Origin: an uncultured Dehalococcoidia bacterium
GTDB taxonomy: Bacteria > Chloroflexota > Dehalococcoidia > DSTF01 > WHTK01
DNA: 64,000 nt
Direction: 5' to 3'
Assembly: GCA_964422735.1 (NCBI GenBank)
Contig: CAYRCD010000005.1
Location: 13,039 to 77,038, forward strand
The notes under the pieces: generated by a model
What the model saw: only the letters and a program-made list of their open reading frames with translations
Database searches by the model: none
Told to the model about the DNA's origin: nothing
Position numbers and translations under genes: made by a program
Part shown: one piece after another, positions 40,141 to 49,582 of the stretch
Layout of the letters: each line of letters begins with the position of its first letter
How positions within the stretch are numbered: position 1 is the stretch's first letter

Positions 40141-41058
40141 ATGAAATTAAAAGCCTCTATAGCCGCTATAGCAGTTGGCCTCGGTCTGACGAAGCTTGCC
40201 GGGGATTTCGCGTCCGTCAGGTATGAGGACCTCGACCTGCGCGACGCTACGCCGCCCGGCAAGACCGTCGCGATAAACGGTCTCCGCCTCCACTACGAGG
40301 AGGCGGGGAGTGGCGACCCGGTCGTGTTCCTTCACGGCCTCGGCGCCTCAACCTTCAGCTTCCGCAAGAACCTAGATGTGGCCGGTCGCGGCTTCCATGC
40401 CGTCGCAATAGATATGCCGGGCCATGGGTACTCTAGCCGCGACGTCGCCGACCTGTCGCTATCGGCGCAGACCGGCTATCTGCGGGTCTTTCTCGACGCC
40501 CTGGGGATAGACCGAGCGTCGCTGGTCGGCCACTCGATGGGTGGGACGGTTGCCCAACGCTTTGCCCTGGCGTATCCGGACCGGGTCCGGCGCCTGGTCC
40601 TCATCGCCTCGACCACCGACCGCCAGATGCGGTCGGGCTCGAAGCCGGGCCGCGTCGTGGCGCCCTTCCTGCCGGCCCTCCTGGGGGCCGTCTTTTTCAA
40701 TCCAGCATTGCGTGACTTCTGGCACCGCGCAGCCGTCGTCGATCCCGGCCACCTCACGCCGGAGGTGCTCGCCGGATACGCCCGGCCGGGACACATAAGA
40801 GGTCACATGGATGCGTACAAGCGATTTCTCGTCGACCGCACGAGAGACGGACCAATCGATGCCGCGCGGATTAGGGCGCCGACGCTGGTCCTGTGGGGAG
40901 CAAGAGACAGGCTCGTGCCTCTGCGCACGGCCGACGAGCTGGCGCGCCTGATCCCGGACTCGCGCCTGCGCGTCATCCCCAGGGCCGGCCACTGGGTCCA
41001 GGAAGAGCAACCGGAAGAGGTGAACTCGGCCCTGTTGGAGTTCCTCCGGGAACCCTGA
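40141..41058 (+). CDS. alpha/beta fold hydrolase
   Basis: FLHGLG, DMPGHG.S, GHSMGG, WGARD, AGHWVQEEQP. Confidence 0.9.
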   Translation: MKLKASIAAIAVGLGLTKLAGDFASVRYEDLDLRDATPPGKTVAINGLRLHYEEAGSGDPVVFLHGLGASTFSFRKNLDVAGRGFHAVAIDMPGHGYSSRDVADLSLSAQTGYLRVFLDALGIDRASLVGHSMGGTVAQRFALAYPDRVRRLVLIASTTDRQMRSGSKPGRVVAPFLPALLGAVFFNPALRDFWHRAAVVDPGHLTPEVLAGYARPGHIRGHMDAYKRFLVDRTRDGPIDAARIRAPTLVLWGARDRLVPLRTADELARLIPDSRLRVIPRAGHWVQEEQPEEVNSALLEFLREP

Positions 41059-41155
41059 TCGAGGGGAAGGCAGCTCGGAAGCCGAGCCGCCGGTGGCCGA
41101 CCGCCGGGCACCGGCGGATTCCTGTATCCTCAGGAAAACTTGGTTCGGAGGCGCC

Positions 41156-41632
41156 ATGGCAACCCTCGCGGAGAAGGAAGAGATAGTCGCCGGCCTGGAG
41201 CGTACCGTCGGAGAGTGCCTGGCCTTCTTCGAAGGTCCGGGCCAGCGGAGCACAGTGCGTATCGACCGCTGGGGCGCCCGCGACGTGCTGGCTCACTTCA
41301 TCTACTGGCACTACGCGACCGCCTGGGGCATCAACGGCGCCGCCCGCGGCGGACCGGCCTGGCAGCTGCCCGCGACCGAGGACCCGGCACAGATGGCCGA
41401 CAGGGTGAATGCGAACGCGCTCGCCCTGCACGAAGGTGAAGGCTTCGCCGACCTTGTCGCGCAGCTCAGGCGGGCGCAACAGCGCCTCGTGCAGGCGGCG
41501 CGGTCTTGTGATGATTGGGACGCCGCCGCGTTCCGCAGGGCCGACGCGAGTGAGACCTCCGTGGAACAGAGGCTGCGGACGATTACACGCCACTGGCAGA
41601 CCCACGTGGAGGACCTGAAGAAGGCCGGCTGA
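41156..41632 (+). CDS. DinB-like protein
   Basis: WGARDVLAHF..WH and HWQTH motifs; GGAGG RBS before ATG 41156. Confidence 0.7.
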   Translation: MATLAEKEEIVAGLERTVGECLAFFEGPGQRSTVRIDRWGARDVLAHFIYWHYATAWGINGAARGGPAWQLPATEDPAQMADRVNANALALHEGEGFADLVAQLRRAQQRLVQAARSCDDWDAAAFRRADASETSVEQRLRTITRHWQTHVEDLKKAG

Positions 41633-41703
41633 GGTCTGGGTGGCTGCCGAAGGAGCGGCCTCCTCCTATACTCTGCCCAGCCGTTGAACAGGAGGCGCAC
41701 CTG

Positions 41704-42693
41704 ATGCCCGCGAGACCATTCGTCTATATCGCTTCCCGCCTGCCCGACGACTGCCTCGAGCGCGTGAAGGCGGCCTGTGACATGAGCGTGCGCGAAGCCG
41801 CCGGACGCGTGACTCCCGAGGAAGCCCTGGCGTCGCTGGAAGGCGCCTCGGGGATGCTCAACGGCAACGGCACGCGCCTCGACCACGCCTTCTTCGCCGA
41901 AGTTCCCGGGACGGTCCGCGTCATCTCTCAAATCGGCGTAGGCTACGACAACGTCGACGTCCCCGCGGCCACGGAAGCCGGCATCCTGATCTGCAACACG
42001 CCCGGCGTGCTTACCGACGCCGTCGCAGACCTGACATTGGGCCTGATCATCTCAATCTCGCGCCGGCTGCCGGAGTTCGCGACATACACTCGAGAAGGTG
42101 GTTGGGGCGTTAGACCGGGTCCGGCGATGGGCGCCGACGTGCACGGCAAGACCCTGGGCATCGTCGGCCTGGGCCGCATCGGCCGCGCCGTGGCCCGGCG
42201 GGCAAGCGCCTTCCGCCTGCGCGTCCTCTTCCACGACCGCTTCCTGGACGGCGGCCCGGAAGCGGACATCGCCCGCTACCGAGCTCTCGACGACCTGCTG
42301 CGTGAGTCCGACTACGTCACCCTCCACGTCGATTTGAACGAGACCAGCCACGCCATGATCGGCGCCCGCGAGCTGGCGCTGATGAAGCCCACGGCCTTCC
42401 TGATTAACACCTCGCGCGGTCCTGTTATCGACCAGGAGGCGCTGACGGAGGCGCTGCAGCGGCGGCAAATCGCCGGCGCCGCCCTCGACGTCCTGGAGCA
42501 GGAGCCGCCGCGCCCGGACGACCCGATCCTGAAGCTGGAGAACGTCATGATCCTTCCCCACACGGGAACGACGACCAACGAGACCCGCCGGGCCATGATC
42601 GACCTCGCGGTCGACAACTTGCTCGACGCTGTTCGAGGCCTGCAGCCGCGGGCGATGGTGAACCCCGAGGCCTGGAGCCCCCACAGCCGTTAG
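41704..42693 (+). CDS. D-2-hydroxyacid dehydrogenase (glyoxylate reductase / D-glycerate dehydrogenase family)
   Basis: VGYDNVD, NTPGVLTDAVAD, GLGRIG, INTSRGPVID, ALDVLEQEP, LPH.GT. Confidence 0.92.
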   Translation: MPARPFVYIASRLPDDCLERVKAACDMSVREAAGRVTPEEALASLEGASGMLNGNGTRLDHAFFAEVPGTVRVISQIGVGYDNVDVPAATEAGILICNTPGVLTDAVADLTLGLIISISRRLPEFATYTREGGWGVRPGPAMGADVHGKTLGIVGLGRIGRAVARRASAFRLRVLFHDRFLDGGPEADIARYRALDDLLRESDYVTLHVDLNETSHAMIGARELALMKPTAFLINTSRGPVIDQEALTEALQRRQIAGAALDVLEQEPPRPDDPILKLENVMILPHTGTTTNETRRAMIDLAVDNLLDAVRGLQPRAMVNPEAWSPHSR

Positions 42694-42775
42694 CGCGAAG
42701 TAAGGCCGAATGGCTGCCACGGGCGCGGCCGAATGACCCTTCGGCCTCGTATGAAGGCGCCTTATCGTCATTTCG

Positions 42776-43495
42776 ATGGGTCGCGCGAGGCCGGCAGCAG
42801 TAATTGGCACGCGGGCGGCCAAGAAGGCGAGGCACCGATCGCGTGCCGCGCGGAAACGGCGTCTCAACCTCGTGCTGCTCGCCGGCGGCGCCGCCCTGGC
42901 GTCGGTTGCGGCTCTGATCGTCATCGGCGGCGCTTTTCGCAACGGAGGAGCCGCGGCCACCCACACGGGCCAGCGCGCGGGACGGACTCTCGGATCCGAG
43001 ACCGCCCTGGTGGTCCTGACGGCGTGGGAAGACTTCCAGTGTCCGGTGTGCAAGGCCGCGAACGAGTCTGTCCTGGCCCAGATCGAGCGGAACTACGTGG
43101 ACTCGGGCAAGGTCCAGCTTCAGTACCGTCACTATGCGTTCCTGGGCCAGGAGTCGATATGGGCGGCAGAAGCGGCCGAGTGCGCCGCCGAGCAGCACAT
43201 GTTCTGGGCATACCACGACGCCTTGTTCAAGGCGCAGGCCGGCGAGAACCGTGGCGCGTTCTCGAAACTGAAGCTCGGCGGCCTCGCTGCGGCTGTCGGC
43301 CTGGACCGGACCTCGTTCGATGAGTGCCTGGTGAGCGACCGTTACAGGGGCGCGATCGAGAACGAGCGACACGAAGGCGAAGCCCTGGGCGTCGTGGGTA
43401 CGCCGACCTTCTTCGTCGATGGCAAAGCGGTCGCGGACTGGCGCTCCTACGACGATTTCGCGGCCTTGATCGAGCGCGCGCTCGGCGGACGGTGA
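42776..43495 (+). CDS. DsbA family thiol-disulfide oxidoreductase
   Basis: N-terminal TM; EDFQCPVC; cis-Pro motif GTPTFF. Confidence 0.9.
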   Translation: MGRARPAAVIGTRAAKKARHRSRAARKRRLNLVLLAGGAALASVAALIVIGGAFRNGGAAATHTGQRAGRTLGSETALVVLTAWEDFQCPVCKAANESVLAQIERNYVDSGKVQLQYRHYAFLGQESIWAAEAAECAAEQHMFWAYHDALFKAQAGENRGAFSKLKLGGLAAAVGLDRTSFDECLVSDRYRGAIENERHEGEALGVVGTPTFFVDGKAVADWRSYDDFAALIERALGGR

Positions 43496-44004
43496 AGGCC
43501 AAGATCGCCTGGCGCCGCTTGCCTCTGCTTCTCGCCACTCTCGCCGGCGCCGGACTGGCGATAAGCATCTATCTGACGGCGTCCCACGCGGGTAACCGGC
43601 ACATCGTTTGTGCGGGCCTGGGTGAATGCGAGTACGTCAACACCAGCGAGTACGCGGCCGTCGGCGGCGTACCGATCTCGCTATTCGGCGCGGCGCTGTA
43701 CGCGAGTATGATCGCCGCCGCCCTGCTCTGGGCATTCGACCTCGGGGACGAACGGCGTCCCGTACTCTACTGGGGGCTTGCTCTCGCGGGCGCCGCCTAC
43801 GCGGGCTACCTGACCTACGTGGAGCTCGCGATCCTGCAGGCAATCTGCGTCTGGTGCGTCGCCTCCGCGACGATCCTGGCAGTCAGCCTTGGGCTGGCCA
43901 CAGCGGCCCTCGTTCTGGCGCCGGAAGAAGACGCGGACGAGCCTGCCGCTGTCAGGCGCCGCCCAGGCCGAGCGCGTCGGCCGCGCCCTTCATCGCTTCG
44001 ATAA
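43492..44004 (+). CDS. vitamin K epoxide reductase (VKOR) family protein
   Basis: C....EC..V..S.Y, G.P.S..G, ICVWC. GTG overlaps the dsbA stop. Confidence 0.88.
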   Translation: MKAKIAWRRLPLLLATLAGAGLAISIYLTASHAGNRHIVCAGLGECEYVNTSEYAAVGGVPISLFGAALYASMIAAALLWAFDLGDERRPVLYWGLALAGAAYAGYLTYVELAILQAICVWCVASATILAVSLGLATAALVLAPEEDADEPAAVRRRPGRARRPRPSSLR

Positions 44005-44512
44005 CTTCGGCGATGTGGGCGTCGAGGTCGACGCCGAGCGCCGCGGCGCCACTGACGATATCATCGCGGTTCACGGCGCGCGCGAAAGCCTTGTCCTTCA
44101 TCTTCTTACGCACCGACGGAACGTCGACCTCGGAGATGCTCTTGCCGGGCTTGACCAGGGCTACGGCGATGATGAAGCCGCTGAGCTCGTCGACGCCAAA
44201 CAAGGTCTTCTCCATCTCACTTTCGCGTGACACACCGGTGTGGTCGCCGTGAGACTCAACGGCGCGGGCGAGGACTTCGGGCCAGCCACGCTCGCGCAGC
44301 ACACGGGCGCCGGCAAAGGCGTGCGTCTCCAGCGTCGGGTTCTGCTCGTAGTCGAAATCGTGCAGCATACCGGCGATGCCCCATAGCTCTTCGGCGGCGC
44401 CGGCCTTGCGCGCGAAGTAGCGCATAACCGCTTCGACGGCGAGGCCGTGCTTGCGCAGGCCTTCGCTCTGCGTGAACTCACACAACAGGTCCCAGGCGGC
44501 TTTGCGTTCCAC
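43952..44512 (-). CDS. HDIG/HD-domain protein
   Basis: HGLAVE, GMLHDFDYE, SHG, DELSGF, KKMKDKAFARAVNRD. Confidence 0.85.
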   Translation of the reverse strand: MERKAAWDLLCEFTQSEGLRKHGLAVEAVMRYFARKAGAAEELWGIAGMLHDFDYEQNPTLETHAFAGARVLRERGWPEVLARAVESHGDHTGVSRESEMEKTLFGVDELSGFIIAVALVKPGKSISEVDVPSVRKKMKDKAFARAVNRDDIVSGAAALGVDLDAHIAEVIEAMKGAADALGLGGA

Positions 44513-44541
44513 AAGGCGATTATGGCATGGCGCCGTGATCC

Positions 44542-45723
44542 CTAGACCACGCCAGCGTCCTGCAGTGCCTTGATCTCCTCAGCGGTGCAGCCCGCCTGCT
44601 TGAGGATCTCCTTCGTATGCTGGCCGACGGCCGGTACCGCCTTCGGCGAGTCCTCGGCGCCCTCGATATTAAACGGCGCTTTCAGGACCTCGACCGCTCC
44701 GCCCGGTACCTCGATCGTCATCAGGCGGTTGCGGGCGACGAGCTGAGGATGGTGTAGGACCTCGCTGACGTCGTTCGAGCGGGCGTAAGCGATGGACCCC
44801 TGCTCGAGCCGCTGCTCGGCTTCTTCGACGGTGACGCCGGAGAGCGCCTCCTCGATCAGTGGCTCGAGCACGGACCGGTTCTTGAGACGCAGCTCGCCGC
44901 GCTCGAAGCGGGCGTCGGTCTTCCAATCGGGCCGGATGACCACGCTGTCGCAGAAGTTCGCCCATTCCCGCTCGTTCTGGATCGAGAGCATGACGTTGCC
45001 ATCTTTGGCCTTGTAAGGCCCGTAGGGCACGATGTTGGGGTGGAAGGCGCCGCTGCGCAGCGGCCTGCTGCCATGCATCGCCTGGAGGGCGAAAATGCCC
45101 ATCCACTCCATGATCGAGTCGAGCAGACTGATGCGGATCGCCGCGCCTGCCCCGGTCTGGTCGCGGCGGTGCAGGGCCGCGAGAATGGCTGATAGGGCGT
45201 AAAGGCCGGACGCGAAGTCGACGACGGGGACGCCACACTTCGATGGGTCGTCGGGCGTGCCGGTAATCGACATCACGCCGGCCTCAGCCTGCAATAGGGC
45301 GTCGTACGCCTTTCGGTCGCGATAAGGACCTTCCTCGCCATAACCCGTTATCGAGCAGACGATGAGGCGTGGGTACTTCTCGTGGAGCTGGCCGACGCCG
45401 AGTCCGCGACGGTCGAGCGCGCCCGGGGCGAAGTTTTGGACGACGACGTCGGAGCGAGCGATGAGCTTGAGGGCCAGGCGCTGGCCCTCAAGCTTCGTTA
45501 TGTCGAGAGTAAGGCTCTGCTTGCCGCGGTTGAGCCAGGCGAAATACGTCGAAACCCCGTGAATCGCGGTGTCGTAGGCGCGCGCGAAGTCGCCTTCGCC
45601 CAGGCGCTCGATCTTTATGACCTCGGCGCCGAGATCGGCCAGGTGGCGCGTACAAAGGGGTGCGGCGACGGCTTGCTCGAAGGCCAGCACCTTGATGCCG
45701 GCCAGGGGGAGGCTCTCGGTCAT
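44542..45723 (-). CDS. CoA transferase, family III (CaiB/BaiF)
   Basis: PLAGIKV, QAVAAP, GAEVIKIER, LNRGKQS, KAYD, PVVD.ASG. Confidence 0.92.
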   Translation of the reverse strand: MTESLPLAGIKVLAFEQAVAAPLCTRHLADLGAEVIKIERLGEGDFARAYDTAIHGVSTYFAWLNRGKQSLTLDITKLEGQRLALKLIARSDVVVQNFAPGALDRRGLGVGQLHEKYPRLIVCSITGYGEEGPYRDRKAYDALLQAEAGVMSITGTPDDPSKCGVPVVDFASGLYALSAILAALHRRDQTGAGAAIRISLLDSIMEWMGIFALQAMHGSRPLRSGAFHPNIVPYGPYKAKDGNVMLSIQNEREWANFCDSVVIRPDWKTDARFERGELRLKNRSVLEPLIEEALSGVTVEEAEQRLEQGSIAYARSNDVSEVLHHPQLVARNRLMTIEVPGGAVEVLKAPFNIEGAEDSPKAVPAVGQHTKEILKQAGCTAEEIKALQDAGVV

Positions 45724-45883
45724 TACTTGTGGGTCTCCTCGGGACCCGGCTTTCGCGAAAGCGTTGCCCGCCGGGACACGATCGGGATTCTACGAACGCC
45801 CACGGCGTTACGCAATCAACGCGGGCCGACTGGCGATTGCGCGCCGGCGCGAGACCTGTCTAAATCGCCGCGGAGTCGCGAGA

Positions 45884-47761
45884 TTGATCGAGACGTCAGC
45901 CGCGGTAGCGCCCGAACCAAAGGACCCCGCACGGTGCCCGACATTTGCAGGTCTGGGCGTCGCCGTGGTCGCCGTGGCCGCACTTCTCCGCTTCTATCGG
46001 CTGGGCGACGGCGGGCTCGGCAATCCGTTTTACGCGGCCACCGTCCGGAGCATGCTCCATTCGCTCCACAATTCCTTCTTTGTCTCGTTCGACCCCTACG
46101 GGACCTTCATGGCCGACAAGCCACCCCTGGGCCTTTGGCTGCAGACGCTCTCGGCCTTCATTCTTGGCTTTCGGGGCCTCGCGTTGATGCTGCCCCAGGC
46201 GCTCGCCGGCGTTGCCGCGGTTGCGCTGCTCCTGGTCGTAGTCAGACGATTGCACGGGGACATGACCGCGCTGGCGGCCGCCGCGGTCCTGGCAACGCTG
46301 CCGGTCAGCGTGCTCACTTCTCGCAACAACACGATGGACACACTCCTCGTCGCGCTGAACCTGGCGACGATCGCCCTGACGGTGCGAGCGGTCGAACGCG
46401 GCAGCCCAATCACGCTGGCCGCGGCGGCGGCCGTGATGGGCCTCGCCTTCAACGTCAAGGAGTTCGAGGGGCTGCTGGCGCTGCCCGGGCTCGCCCTTTA
46501 CTACTGGCTGGCTTCGGCGACGCCGGCGGCGACGCGCGCTCGGCGCCTCGCTGGCTCGGGCATTGTCCTCCTCATCGTCGGCCTGAGCTGGACATTTGTT
46601 GTAGGGCTGGTCCCGTCAGAGGACCATCCCATAGTCCTGAACAGCGACGGTAACAGCATCTGGTCGCTCACGTTCGGCTACAACGGCTTCGACCGGGTCC
46701 TCGGTGGCAAAGGATTCAACCCCGCCACGGCCCTCACGGCGCAGCCCGGATCGACCACGGTCCCCATTGGCGTTTTCTATGGAGGCGAACGCGGTCCCTT
46801 GCGTCTGTTTGGGGAGTTTCCGGGGCCGCTCGTCGCGGCAGCCGTGCCGGCCGCTCTTGCCGGCGTGGTCCTGCTGGGCGGGGACTTCCTGGAGCGCCGG
46901 CGAAGGGCGCCCGCGGTCATCTGGTTGGCCTGGCTGGGAGCCGGCGTTGCGGCGTTCAGCGCCTCGCGCCTCGGCTCCTCCCAATACCTCGAGGCGTTCA
47001 GTCCCCCGCTGGCGGTGTGCGCGGGCACGGCGGCGGCCGCCGGTTTGAGGGATGCGGGATGGCGCAGGGTTTGCGGACTCGCCGGCGTGGCCTGCTCGGC
47101 GGCCTATATGGCACTGCGCTTTAGCCAGCTCGGCGACGCCGGGGTCTTGACGGCGGCCTGCGGCGTGGGTGGCGCCGTTGCCGCGCTCGCCGCGATCGCG
47201 TCTCCGGCCACCGGCAAAAAGCGCGCAACGCCCTGGCTGGGAGGGGTCGCCGCGGGCCTGGTCGCCTGCGGAACGCTGGTAATGTCGGCGCAGGCCGTCC
47301 GAGACGCGCCGGTCGAGGGGGTCTGGCCGGGCGCGGTGTTCCTTAGCGAGGACAAGAGCAGGGATAGCCGCTTCGATCCCGGCGACGCCGCGTACTATCC
47401 ATTCACGGGCCAGATCGCCTTCCTCGACCGCTCCCTGGATTACCTGGAGGCCAGGCATCAGGACGGCGGATACCTCGTGGCCGTTCGCAGCTTTTACGTT
47501 GCGGCCGCGGTCATCTCCCAACGCGACCAGCCGGTCCTGCCCCTCTACTCCGAGTTCCTCAGCCGCCGCGAGTATCCCATCGAGAGCCTGCGCCGGCTCT
47601 TGGACGAAGGACGCGTTGAGTACTTCATGCTTTCGCTTCCGCTGCTCAAGACCCAGGACCCCGAAATCGCCGATCTGATCGCCCGGCGCTGCCCGGCGAA
47701 CGTGTCGCGCGAGGCGGGCCTCGACCCGCGCACCGGCTTCCAGCTCTACCACTGTCGTTGA
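45884..47761 (+). CDS. ArnT/PMT-like (GT-C) membrane glycosyltransferase
   Basis: NPFYAA.V.SM, FFVSFDP, DKPPLGLWLQ, SRNN.MD, GLAFNVK, FGYNG..R. Start uncertain. Confidence 0.8.
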   Translation: MIETSAAVAPEPKDPARCPTFAGLGVAVVAVAALLRFYRLGDGGLGNPFYAATVRSMLHSLHNSFFVSFDPYGTFMADKPPLGLWLQTLSAFILGFRGLALMLPQALAGVAAVALLLVVVRRLHGDMTALAAAAVLATLPVSVLTSRNNTMDTLLVALNLATIALTVRAVERGSPITLAAAAAVMGLAFNVKEFEGLLALPGLALYYWLASATPAATRARRLAGSGIVLLIVGLSWTFVVGLVPSEDHPIVLNSDGNSIWSLTFGYNGFDRVLGGKGFNPATALTAQPGSTTVPIGVFYGGERGPLRLFGEFPGPLVAAAVPAALAGVVLLGGDFLERRRRAPAVIWLAWLGAGVAAFSASRLGSSQYLEAFSPPLAVCAGTAAAAGLRDAGWRRVCGLAGVACSAAYMALRFSQLGDAGVLTAACGVGGAVAALAAIASPATGKKRATPWLGGVAAGLVACGTLVMSAQAVRDAPVEGVWPGAVFLSEDKSRDSRFDPGDAAYYPFTGQIAFLDRSLDYLEARHQDGGYLVAVRSFYVAAAVISQRDQPVLPLYSEFLSRREYPIESLRRLLDEGRVEYFMLSLPLLKTQDPEIADLIARRCPANVSREAGLDPRTGFQLYHCR

Positions 47762-47825
47762 GGACGGATGACCGGAAATTGGAAGAGGGGCCGGCGAGGC
47801 CCTGTGTCGTGTCTGAGACGCGCCT

Positions 47826-48848
47826 TCAGGCGGCGGCGCGATGAAGGACCCGGACCGGGCCTCCAACGCGGGCGCGCCAGTAATCGAGCAAGTCCGCCAT
47901 GGTCCTCTCGAAGGCAATGCGTGGCGCCCAGCCGGTCGCCGCCCGGAATTTGGAGCAGTCGCCCACCAGGACCGGGACGTCGGACGGACGCAACCGCTCG
48001 GGGTCGGTCTTTACCTCGACCTCGATGTCGGTCATTTCGAGCAGCATGTCGAGCACCGAGCCGATGGTGTAAGCCTTGCCGCTGCAGATGTTGTAGACCT
48101 CTCCCGGTTCGGCGTGCTGTACGGCCAGCCAGTAGGCCCGGACGACGTCGCGGACGTCCGTGTAGTCGCGCTCCGCTTCGAGGTTGCCGACGTAGATGAC
48201 GGGCGGCCGCTGCCCGGCCTCGATCTCTGCCACCTGGCGGGCGAAATTCGAGGTCACGAATGTGTCTGTCCGGCGCGGGCCCTCGTGGTTGAATGCCCGC
48301 GTGCGGATGATGCGCAGGCCGTAGCTCCGGAAGTACTGGTAGCCGAGGTAGTCCATCGCAAGCTTAGAGACCGCATAAGGCGAAAGCGGCCTTAGTGGAG
48401 TGCTCTCGGTGATGGGCAGGTCTTCCCGTTCGACGTGGCCGTATTCTTCGGAGGAGCCGGCGATCTGGATGACGGGTTGGATGCCGGCCTCGCGGACGGC
48501 TTCGAAGAGGTGGATGCTGCCGACCAGATTGGTCTCCATCGTCGTGGCAGGGGAAGCCCACGACGACGGCACGAAAGACTGGGCCCCGAGATGGAAGATG
48601 TAATCCGGCCGCGCTTCGCGCATTACCCGGCGCAGCGAGTGCGCATCGGCGAGGTCACCCTCCTTCAGGAGGAGCCGGCCCTTGATCCCCTCGATGTTGT
48701 CGGTCTGGGACCGGAAGCGCGTCAGCCCGTGGACTTCGAGGCCCTCATTGAGTAGAAGCTCGGCGAGATGACTCCCGACAAACCCGGTGATGCCCGTGAT
48801 GAGGGCCCTTTTCGAAGGCCGCCCCACTGCTCGCAACGTGCTTTCCAT
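47826..48848 (-). CDS. GDP-mannose 4,6-dehydratase family protein (Gmd/Rmd-like)
   Basis: ITGITGFVGSHL, HLGAQSFV, GSSEEYG, SPYAVSK, FNHEGPRR, GNL...RDYTDVRD; AAGGAG RBS. Confidence 0.88.
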   Translation of the reverse strand: MESTLRAVGRPSKRALITGITGFVGSHLAELLLNEGLEVHGLTRFRSQTDNIEGIKGRLLLKEGDLADAHSLRRVMREARPDYIFHLGAQSFVPSSWASPATTMETNLVGSIHLFEAVREAGIQPVIQIAGSSEEYGHVEREDLPITESTPLRPLSPYAVSKLAMDYLGYQYFRSYGLRIIRTRAFNHEGPRRTDTFVTSNFARQVAEIEAGQRPPVIYVGNLEAERDYTDVRDVVRAYWLAVQHAEPGEVYNICSGKAYTIGSVLDMLLEMTDIEVEVKTDPERLRPSDVPVLVGDCSKFRAATGWAPRIAFERTMADLLDYWRARVGGPVRVLHRAAA

Positions 48849-48938
48849 GCCTGATCTCTCCTTCAAGCCGCCGGCCGCACCGCCCGGCTTCATCATCAGT
48901 ATTCGGCGAGGTGCGAATTGGTATCCATGGGTGGAAAC

Positions 48939-49005
48939 CCAAGTTTTTGGTGAAATCGCCGAGAACTGCCCTGGGCGCTAAAGAGTGCTGACGGATCGCC
49001 GACTA
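48939..49005 (+). promoter_or_regulatory. tandem sigma28 (FliA/WhiG)-type promoters
   Basis: CCAA(GTTT)-N15-GCCGAGAA at 48939-48965 and TAAA-N15-GCCGACTA at 48979-49005. Confidence 0.7.
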
Positions 49006-49066
49006 TGCATCTGTGAGGGGTCGGACAGGCCCTGAGATCAATATGCAACGGAGGAGTCCAGAGTCG

Positions 49067-49507
49067 ATGAAGTTTTCCCGCAAGCAGTCATTGTTCGTAG
49101 GCATGCTCGCCGCTGGAGTGGCGCTACTGGCCGCGACAGCGTTCCTGCCGTCCCCGACGACGTTCGGCAACGAGACCGACGACCAGCGGGCCGCGGCCGA
49201 GGCGCTCGCTGAGAAATCCGCCGCCGAAAACGCCGCGAAATTCCCACCCGGCCCGCGCGTCGCGTTCCCGCCGGCCGCGGCGCCGGCACAGCCGCCCGCC
49301 GCGCCGATTGACACGCCGGCGTCAGCACCCAGCCAGCAGGCTCCCACCGGTGGCACCGACGGCGCGGCGGCGCTGCCCTCGGCCGGTAATGGCGGTTACC
49401 TCGACGCCGGGACCCAGACCAGCCTCGGTTACATGCTCATGGGTATTGGCGTAGCTCTTCTCGGCTCGGGCTCCATCGTCTGGGCTTACGGCCGCCGCCG
49501 GCGTTAG
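49067..49507 (+). CDS. secreted Pro/Ala-rich protein with LPxAG sortase-like sorting signal
   Basis: Signal peptide; LPSAG followed by a hydrophobic TM and RRRR tail; GGAGGAG RBS. Confidence 0.72.
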   Translation: MKFSRKQSLFVGMLAAGVALLAATAFLPSPTTFGNETDDQRAAAEALAEKSAAENAAKFPPGPRVAFPPAAAPAQPPAAPIDTPASAPSQQAPTGGTDGAAALPSAGNGGYLDAGTQTSLGYMLMGIGVALLGSGSIVWAYGRRRR

Positions 49508-49531
49508 CAGGCGATCGGACAGCAAGCTCGC

Positions 49532-49575
49532 GAAAGCGGACCGCTCTCCGGAGCGGCCCGCTTTCCTGGCTTTTG
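49532..49575 (+). terminator. intrinsic terminator-like hairpin
   Basis: GAAAGCGGACCGCTC-TCCG-GAGCGGCCCGCTTTC followed by a T-rich tract. Confidence 0.7.
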
Positions 49576-49582
49576 GGCAAGG

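Noticed and set aside
42704-42735. GGCCGAATG direct repeat as a sigma28 promoter for dsbA
   Set aside because: No -35 at the right spacing; a TAnnnT leaderless promoter explains the start. Could be chance.
42776-44004. DsbA-VKOR pair as a novelty
   Set aside because: Established disulfide-formation pathway in Actinobacteria and other lineages.
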